61,975 nucleotides of DNA from a virus. Below, in pieces: positions 56,741 to 61,975 of this stretch (the stretch's first letter is position 1; each line of letters begins with the position of its first letter). The notes below the pieces were generated by a model. The model was not told the origin of the DNA. It worked only from the letters and a program-made list of their open reading frames with translations, and ran no database searches. The stretch lies in the IMG/VR virus record IMGVR_UViG_3300042807_000369; one strand, written 5' to 3'. A program made the translations under genes and the position numbers.

Positions 56741-56940
56741 GATGTAACCTTTCTTAATGAAAATGTGTAGCTAGTCCCGTCAAGGTGATAATCCCGGCTT
56801 TCGCAATTGATATAGCGGCATATACGCAGTTTCCCGCCAATACCAAATTTAACTCTAGCCTGACGTAAGGCCTCCCGCCATGTAGTCGCTAAGACCTCTT
56901 TATGCCATGTTCCGTGATCTGAAAATAAGAAGTAGGTCAT
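56737..56940 (-). CDS. Island ORF 9 (67 aa)
   Basis: A track ORF with ATGA coupling. Confidence 0.55.
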   Translation of the reverse strand: MTYFLFSDHGTWHKEVLATTWREALRQARVKFGIGGKLRICRYINCESRDYHLDGTSYTFSLRKVTS

Positions 56941-57233
56941 GCTGTATCCCCTAATTGAATGTATTCCAAAACCTGTTTCATACCGTCAGCAGACACTGAC
57001 CATTCAGGGACACCTCCATCAAGGCAAAGCCCCCTTCCGTATCCCCCATTCTCTGTCAGGGTAGAAACATAGTATCTAGATACAAATTGCCCCCTTCCCA
57101 TAAAGTCAGGGAAGTCATAGCGGCTGTCATAGAACTCCACCATTGGGGCGCTGTCATTTGTAAGACAATCTTTGCGCCCGTACTTGTCTCCCGTATTGAC
57201 AATGCGGACATTAAATTTTTCAATTTTTATCAT
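56937..57233 (-). CDS. Island ORF 8 (98 aa), conserved small protein
   Basis: A track ORF. The pattern VEFYDSRYDF....GRGQFVSRYYVSTL......GLCLDGGVPEW recalls a family seen on phages and plasmids. Confidence 0.6.
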   Translation of the reverse strand: MIKIEKFNVRIVNTGDKYGRKDCLTNDSAPMVEFYDSRYDFPDFMGRGQFVSRYYVSTLTENGGYGRGLCLDGGVPEWSVSADGMKQVLEYIQLGDTA

Positions 57234-57460
57234 GCTGTCTTCTCCAATAATTCCCGTAAGTTTTTTGCGGTATGACGATAGGTTTTCCCGTTATGACAAG
57301 CAGTTACACCCCCTTTGTCATTCGTTATGACGTAGACACGCCTGATGTTTCTTCCGTCTCCCCGTATATCGGCAAAGTACGTGTACCCCTTCATAGGGTA
57401 TGACACACTATTACGTGTGTTAACAGTCTCACAAAGATTGTCAATGGTTGTTTTACGCAT
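57230..57460 (-). CDS. Island ORF 7 (76 aa)
   Basis: The start is set at ATG 57460, which follows AAGAGG and lies 4 nt after the upstream stop. The track extension to 57565 would overlap its neighbour by 100 nt. Confidence 0.55.
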   Translation of the reverse strand: MRKTTIDNLCETVNTRNSVSYPMKGYTYFADIRGDGRNIRRVYVITNDKGGVTACHNGKTYRHTAKNLRELLEKTA

Positions 57461-57464
57461 GGTG

Positions 57465-57815
57465 TCAACCTCTTGGCCCATATGAACGAGATTCATCAGT
57501 GGCGCAATTTTTGGCCTCTTCTCCCCGTTCAATTGCATCAAAGACAATTGACTTGTCATAGTCACTTGTCACACTTGGACAGGGATAATGTCCTGATAGA
57601 CACTCGAAACACTCCTGAAAAAACTGTACATAGTCATACGCGGGCCCATTACGTTTTTCCCACTCTTCTAGCGTCATAGTGTCTTCAATTTGGTCTTCAA
57701 GTACTCTAACCTTTTCTTCCAATTCCACAATTTGGGCCAATAGGTCAGCCGTGCGAACGTCTCCCGTTAGATACGCGAGTTGTTCTTGGTCTTGAATGGT
57801 GTATGCGGCATTCAT
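57465..57815 (-). CDS. Island ORF 6 (116 aa), acidic coiled-coil N-terminus, Cys-containing C-terminus
   Basis: A track ORF with AAGGAG RBS. Confidence 0.6.
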   Translation of the reverse strand: MNAAYTIQDQEQLAYLTGDVRTADLLAQIVELEEKVRVLEDQIEDTMTLEEWEKRNGPAYDYVQFFQECFECLSGHYPCPSVTSDYDKSIVFDAIERGEEAKNCATDESRSYGPRG

Positions 57816-58288
57816 GTCAATGCTCCTTCTTCCGTAAATTCATAGTCATTTGCCCGTATTGATTCGACAATTGCTTCATCACTAAAGTAGTAGTCAATGT
57901 CCTTTGACACTGTTGACACAAATGCTTCAATTGCAGTCTCAAAGGCGTGATTTGCGTCTCCTGTCCTTTTGAATTCATTAAAAAAGGTGTAACGTAGGTC
58001 ACAATCAAAGCAAAACCCTGTCGGCATTGCTTCCCTGTCAAATGAAGACAGTTTTACCCCTCTAAAGTGTCTTGTTGTTGCGTCTGTAGAGACAAATGCG
58101 CGATAGTCATTCGACAGGCAATAGTCTGTAACTTTTACGTTAAATTCATCACAAAAAGCCCTTAGACTGTCTTTGCATTCAGTAAACCAAGGGTATTTAG
58201 TTATTTCCCGCATTTTTTCTATAGCCTTTTCTTTTGCCCCTCCCGGCAATTCATCAAAGGCGTAAATTGTGGTTTCGATTGTTCGCAT
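57812..58288 (-). CDS. Island ORF 5 (158 aa), conserved phage/plasmid-type protein
   Basis: The start is set at ATG 58288, after GAGGGG. The N-terminal YAFDELPGGAKEKAIEKMRE and C-terminal IRANDYEFTEEG motifs recall a family common on mobile elements, including leading regions. I cannot name it securely. Confidence 0.55.
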   Translation of the reverse strand: MRTIETTIYAFDELPGGAKEKAIEKMREITKYPWFTECKDSLRAFCDEFNVKVTDYCLSNDYRAFVSTDATTRHFRGVKLSSFDREAMPTGFCFDCDLRYTFFNEFKRTGDANHAFETAIEAFVSTVSKDIDYYFSDEAIVESIRANDYEFTEEGALT

Positions 58289-58298
58289 GGTGCGCCCC

Positions 58299-58559
58299 TC
58301 AAATTGATTTGACGTTAAAAAACCGCGTTTCTTCGTCTTCGTAACCCGATAGAAACGCACAAATACACGCATTCAAGGCCCTATACTTTGACAAGTCTCC
58401 CGTGTCAAAGTCTTTGCGAAACCTAAGGCCCATTTCCCGTGAGACTTTCCGAATAGCCCCTAATTCACTCTTCGCGTGAACCTTGAAACGGGTTACCCAT
58501 GAATAATTTGCTTCGTCTCCAAAAGTGTCTGTCACTTCGATATAAAAAATGTTTTTCAT
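58299..58559 (-). CDS. Island ORF 4 (86 aa), conserved small protein
   Basis: A track ORF. The motif EVTDTFGDEANYSWVTRF is familiar from mobile-element small proteins. Confidence 0.6.
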   Translation of the reverse strand: MKNIFYIEVTDTFGDEANYSWVTRFKVHAKSELGAIRKVSREMGLRFRKDFDTGDLSKYRALNACICAFLSGYEDEETRFFNVKSI

Positions 58560-58753
58560 AATGTCACTCCTTGAATGAATCGGTTAGGTTCAATACAGAT
58601 ACACACTATGCGTTCAAATTTGGGCGCATCAACCGTGTGCACAATTACGTTTCTTCCCGTGTGTGTGTAACTTTCCACACGTACGGTTTTCCCGTGTACT
58701 TGAATGATTTGGCCAATTTTGTATTGGGCCTTAGGTATAAATGCGAATCTCAT
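58556..58753 (-). CDS. Island ORF 3 (65 aa)
   Basis: A track ORF with ATGA coupling. Confidence 0.55.
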   Translation of the reverse strand: MRFAFIPKAQYKIGQIIQVHGKTVRVESYTHTGRNVIVHTVDAPKFERIVCICIEPNRFIQGVTL

Positions 58754-59022
58754 AGGTTCACCTCTACAATTGTTTTCTGGTTTCCATGAACAACGTACGT
58801 TGTTCCAATGTTAGAAAAAATGGCGCAATACACTCTTCGCCATTTTTGGTCAATGGTTCGCACCATGTAGCGTGTAGGTATCTTTGCCCCATAGCCACTA
58901 GCGGTATAGGACAGGCCCCTTTTTTGCCACTCCAACTCATGAACCCGTACGGAAGGCCCATTACATGGAAGGCGAACCAATTGCCCCATAAGGGGCCCTT
59001 CTTTGACAGTTTCAAAATTCAT
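58750..59022 (-). CDS. Island ORF 2 (90 aa), conserved small protein
   Basis: A track ORF. The motif TASGYGAKIPTRYMV......WRRVYCAIFSNIGT is familiar from phage and plasmid genes. Confidence 0.6.
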   Translation of the reverse strand: MNFETVKEGPLMGQLVRLPCNGPSVRVHELEWQKRGLSYTASGYGAKIPTRYMVRTIDQKWRRVYCAIFSNIGTTYVVHGNQKTIVEVNL

Positions 59023-59033
59023 GGCGTACCTCT

Positions 59034-59324
59034 TTAACGTAGTTCGCGAGACGGGATATATCCATACTCCCGCATGAATTCGTTAACCGTTAGATTTTTG
59101 GCCTTGTAAGTTTCGCCACACTTCCAAGATTCGACAGCATTGGCCCCATATCGCGGTTTAGTGGTGCGGATGTTGATGTAACGCATCTCGGGACGGCTAT
59201 GCGCTGCCCGTTCAATTTGTTCCGCTTGCTGCCAAGTCTCGCATTCAATAATCAATTTATTGGTCTTGCATTGGGCAGCGCCCCAACCAGACATAAATTT
59301 GTCGGTCATAGTTACGTAGAGCAT
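59034..59324 (-). CDS. Island ORF 1 (96 aa), first gene of the inverted island
   Basis: A track ORF with AGGAGAA RBS. It carries the motif TMTDKFMSGWGAA. Confidence 0.6.
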   Translation of the reverse strand: MLYVTMTDKFMSGWGAAQCKTNKLIIECETWQQAEQIERAAHSRPEMRYINIRTTKPRYGANAVESWKCGETYKAKNLTVNEFMREYGYIPSRELR

Positions 59325-59351
59325 GAGGGTTCTCCTGTTGTTGAGGCCTCT

Positions 59352-59381
59352 ACCTTAAATCAACTCATGTCAACTTGTCAA
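59352..59381 (-). promoter_or_regulatory. Possible promoter of the inverted island
   Basis: The minus strand reads TTGACA-N18-TAAGGT about 30 nt upstream of ATG 59324. The -35 is part of a GTTGA(C/T) triplet (gagTTGACaagTTGACatgagTTGAT). Confidence 0.35.
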
Positions 59382-59469
59382 CTCTTTTTGTGAGGGTATC
59401 CGAAAATTTTTCTAACTATGCGTTTTTTGCATAACCTTCCCTTCCCGGTTTTTTCTAAACCCGTCTCGC

Positions 59470-59709
59470 GGTTCGCGGTTGGTTCACCTTTGAAGTGTGT
59501 GGCGTGTATCACGTTACATGGCGCATGGTTCGCGGTTCGCGCATGGTGTAGCGTGTTTCGCGTCTCCCGGTTCGCGGTTCGCGTCTCCCGGTTCGCGATT
59601 CCTGGAGGGCTTGCGTACGGTTCGCGGTTCGCGGTTTACGCATGGTGTCTCGCGTCTCATGGTGCATGGTGCATGGTGCATGGTGCATGGTTCGCGGGCC
59701 CCGGTTCAT
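59470..59709. repeat. Dense heptamer arrays: GGTTCGC (9 perfect copies, 4 tandem doublets) and CATGGTG (5 tandem)
   Basis: GGTTCGC at 59470, 59527/59534, 59569/59576, 59590, 59619/59626 and 59689, plus variants at 59481, 59633 and 59703. CATGGTG x4 plus CATGGTT lie at 59658-59692. CGTCTC(C/G)CGGTTCGC recurs. The region is non-coding and lies between divergent units. Confidence 0.9.
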
Positions 59710-59806
59710 GCGCCCCGGCGCGTAAGTGAGTACCCACTCACCCCGGGGCCAGAAAAAAGGGCCCTGTCGCGGGCTGCGCGGGCATTTGCCCGATTTCACA
59801 CGCTAG

Positions 59807-59820
59807 GTTTCACGTGAAAC
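59807..59820. promoter_or_regulatory. Perfect 14-bp palindrome GTTTCACGTGAAAC
   Basis: Seen directly, about 90 nt upstream of the terL start. It is a candidate protein-binding site. Confidence 0.4.
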
Positions 59821-59911
59821 ACTTTTCAGGCCCAAAGGAAAAAGGGCCCCCTTTGTCAACAAAGTCAACTTGTGTCAAAATTTATGCAAATTTCAAACGA
59901 AACGGACTTCC

Positions 59912-61375
59912 ATGATCCCTGACGATGTAGACGCTGACCGGCTGCGCCTTGAGTACCGGCTCGCGCAGCTTGAAACGCAAGAAAAGGCCAAGACCAACTT
60001 CATCGACTTCGTTCGGTACGTGTGGCCCCAGGCCTTGATCGGTGAGCACCACAACGTGATGGCCAAAGCTTTTGACCGGATTGCCAACGGCACTTTGAAG
60101 CGCTTGATCATCAACATGCCGCCTCGGCACACGAAGTCTGAGTTTGCGTCCTATCTGCTGCCGGCGTATCTCATGGGCCGTGATCCGCGAACCAAGGCCA
60201 TTGAGGCGACGCACAACAGCGAGCTCGCCGTGCGCTTTGGCCGCAAGGTGCGTGACCTGATGGACATGGACACGTACAAGGAGGTGTTCCCGGATGTGAC
60301 CTTGAAGCAGGACAGCAAGGCGGCTGGCCGGTGGGACACGAACCTGGGCGGGGAATACTTTGCTGTTGGTGTGGGCGGCGCGATGACGGGCCGTGGTGCG
60401 AACGTCTTGATCATTGACGACCCGCATTCGGAGCAGGACGCGATGAGTGAGTTGGCGTTGGACAACTGCTGGGAGTGGTACAGCTCTGGCCCGCGTACGC
60501 GACTCCAGCCGGGTGGTGCGGTGGTGATTGTGATGACGCGCTGGGGGACGAAGGATTTGACGGCGAGGTTGATCAAGGCGCAGAAATCGCGGAACGCGGA
60601 CCAGTGGGAGGTGATCGAGTTCCCTGCCATCTTGCCGTCTGGCCGACCACTTTGGCCGGGGTTTTGGAAGCTGGAGGAGTTGGAGGGTGTCAAAGCCAGC
60701 TTGTCAGTCCAGAAGTGGAACGCGATGTATCAGCAGCAGCCCACGAACGACGAGGGTGCCATTCTGAAGAGGGAGTGGTGGAAAGTCTGGCCAAAGGACG
60801 ATCCGCCTATTGTTAACTATATTATTCAATCTATGGACACGGCGTACTCCAAGAAGGAGACGGCGGACTATTCTGTCATCACGACGTGGGGCGTGTTTTA
60901 TTTGAACGAGGATGCGGGGGCGTCGATCATCTTGCTCGATGTCAAGCGCGGGCGCTGGGACTTTCCAGAGCTCAAGCGTATTGCGAAGGAGCAGTATGAC
61001 ATTTGGCAGCCGGACAACGTGTTGATTGAGGCGAAGGCCACGGGCACAACGCTGCAGCAGGAGCTGAGGAAGATGAGCATCCCGGTGACGATGTATTCGC
61101 CGGGTGGGCGGCGCGCGGGCCAGGACAAGGTGTCCAGGGCCAACGCGATTGCGCCGGTGTTCGAGGCGGGGATGGTCTGGGCCCCGGACACGGAGTGGGC
61201 GGAGCTGTTGGTGGAGGAGTGTGCGGCGTTCCCGAACGGCGACAACGACGACATGGTGGACAGCACGGTGATGGCGATGGACAGGTTCCGGCGGGGCAAC
61301 TTTATCAGCTTGAACACGGACGATCAGGACGAGGGCAGTAGCGCGGAGGGCACACTTGTGCCGGAGTACTATTGA
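59912..61375 (+). CDS. terL: Terminase large subunit
   Basis: ATPase motifs LIINMPPRHTKSE (Walker A-like), NVLIIDDPHSEQD (Walker B) and VIVMTRW. Nuclease motifs IIQSMDTAYSKKETADYSV and FPNGDNDDMVDS. The first ATG is at 59912. The track start at 59870 is a non-ATG codon. Confidence 0.9.
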   Translation: MIPDDVDADRLRLEYRLAQLETQEKAKTNFIDFVRYVWPQALIGEHHNVMAKAFDRIANGTLKRLIINMPPRHTKSEFASYLLPAYLMGRDPRTKAIEATHNSELAVRFGRKVRDLMDMDTYKEVFPDVTLKQDSKAAGRWDTNLGGEYFAVGVGGAMTGRGANVLIIDDPHSEQDAMSELALDNCWEWYSSGPRTRLQPGGAVVIVMTRWGTKDLTARLIKAQKSRNADQWEVIEFPAILPSGRPLWPGFWKLEELEGVKASLSVQKWNAMYQQQPTNDEGAILKREWWKVWPKDDPPIVNYIIQSMDTAYSKKETADYSVITTWGVFYLNEDAGASIILLDVKRGRWDFPELKRIAKEQYDIWQPDNVLIEAKATGTTLQQELRKMSIPVTMYSPGGRRAGQDKVSRANAIAPVFEAGMVWAPDTEWAELLVEECAAFPNGDNDDMVDSTVMAMDRFRRGNFISLNTDDQDEGSSAEGTLVPEYY

Positions 61376-61412
61376 GCCGTAAAATAGGGGCAACTTATGG
61401 GCAGGAGCCAGT

Positions 61413-61975
61413 ATGAACAGAGTGTATTCAACAGCTGAGATGAATGCTCCGGGGATCAGTGAGAGCACCCGTAGACAGATGGAGCAGAATAATGCTGCTG
61501 TGCGCGCTTTTCAACAACAGCAGGCTGCGGAAAAGGCTTTAAGAGATGCTCGGAATGCAGCAAGTGCTGCTTTGACTGCAAGAAGACCAATTACAAAAAC
61601 GCCGATTGTAAGGACGCCGATTGTAAGGACGCCGATTGTAAGGACGCCGATTGTAAGGACGCCTGCTCCGACTTCAAACCGGCCTGGGCAGGTTAATTCA
61701 AATATTCCTGCAGGAACGTCAGCTCTGCCTTCGTACACTCCGCCTTCGTACACTCCGCCTTCGTACACTCCGCCTTCAACCCTGCCAGGACAAGTAAATT
61801 CGGGCAGCGGGTCGACGATTGGCACATCCATGGGTGATACGTTCCGGTTGCCTACGGGCAGCGGGTCGACGATTGGCACATCCATGGGTGATACGTTCCG
61901 GTTGCCTACGGGCAGCGGGTCGACGATTGGCACATCCATGGGTGATACGTTCCGGTTGCCTACGGGCAGCGGGTC
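61413..61975 (+). CDS. Giant repeat-rich protein, 5' portion (runs off the window end, continues at nt 1)
   Basis: The ATG lies 5 nt after AGGAG and 38 nt after the terL stop. The frame is open for 187 codons to the window end. The sequence is MNRVYSTAEMNAPGISESTRRQMEQNNAAVRAFQQQQAAEKALRDARNAASAALTARRPITK followed by PIVRT x4, PSYTP x3 and then the 18-aa repeat. It is absent from the track because it has no stop. Confidence 0.65.
   Translation, partial: MNRVYSTAEMNAPGISESTRRQMEQNNAAVRAFQQQQAAEKALRDARNAASAALTARRPITKTPIVRTPIVRTPIVRTPIVRTPAPTSNRPGQVNSNIPAGTSALPSYTPPSYTPPSYTPPSTLPGQVNSGSGSTIGTSMGDTFRLPTGSGSTIGTSMGDTFRLPTGSGSTIGTSMGDTFRLPTGSG
61599..61658 (+). repeat. In-frame 15-nt tandem repeat acgccgattgtaagg (TPIVR) x4
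   Basis: Four identical units. Confidence 0.95.
61728..61772 (+). repeat. In-frame 15-nt tandem repeat ccttcgtacactccg (PSYTP) x3
   Basis: Three identical units. Confidence 0.95.
61803..61975 (+). repeat. In-frame 54-nt tandem repeat, 3.2 copies (same array as 1..325)
   Basis: Units start at 61803, 61857, 61911 and 61965, and all are the D-variant. Confidence 0.95.

Noticed and set aside
59418-59817. ORFs 59418..59729, 59497..59817 (+) and 59509..59799 (-) in the heptamer region
   Set aside because: The products are iterated translations of the 7-nt repeats (SRFAV..., HGAWC...). A 7-nt period cannot be coding-conserved, there is no RBS, and ORFs on both strands overlap.

Overview
The 61,975-nt window appears to be one complete genome of a virulent, podovirus-like tailed dsDNA phage, not a chromosomal segment. 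The last 58 nt are identical to the first 58 nt, and one very large ORF reads in phase across that junction, so the molecule is circular or circularly permuted as assembled. Gene order: terL (59912-61375); a giant tandem-repeat protein that wraps the ends (61413..61975 + 1..3908); portal, GroES-like protein, scaffold, decoration-like protein and major capsid protein (3966-10129); small head/connector proteins (10286-14452); a tail-fibre locus (14462-22231); a lysis cassette (22266-24273); and tail/nozzle plus four large internal (ejection-type) proteins (24481-36305). In the tail-fibre locus, two paralogous fibres flank a DUF1566-like protein, a sulfotransferase and an APS-kinase/nucleotidyltransferase fusion. 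The minus strand carries a PD-(D/E)XK nuclease and an SNF2 helicase (36256-38402). The plus strand then carries the replication/recombination module (38487-45182: AEP primase, SF1 helicase, family-A DNA polymerase) and about 27 tightly coupled small early ORFs (45296-52894). After these come an AT-rich iteron-like region (52895-53276), a terS operon (53277-55152), an inverted, visibly AT-richer island of 17 small ORFs (55345-59324), and a dense heptamer-repeat region (59470-59709) just upstream of terL. I recognised no integrase, repressor, phage RNA polymerase, tRNA, rRNA or CRISPR array. The most unusual items are the sulfation cassette in the fibre locus, the giant repeat protein, the split terminase operon with its inverted small-gene island and conserved gene junctions, and the heptamer arrays. 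All domain calls are motif recognition by eye. No database search was run.
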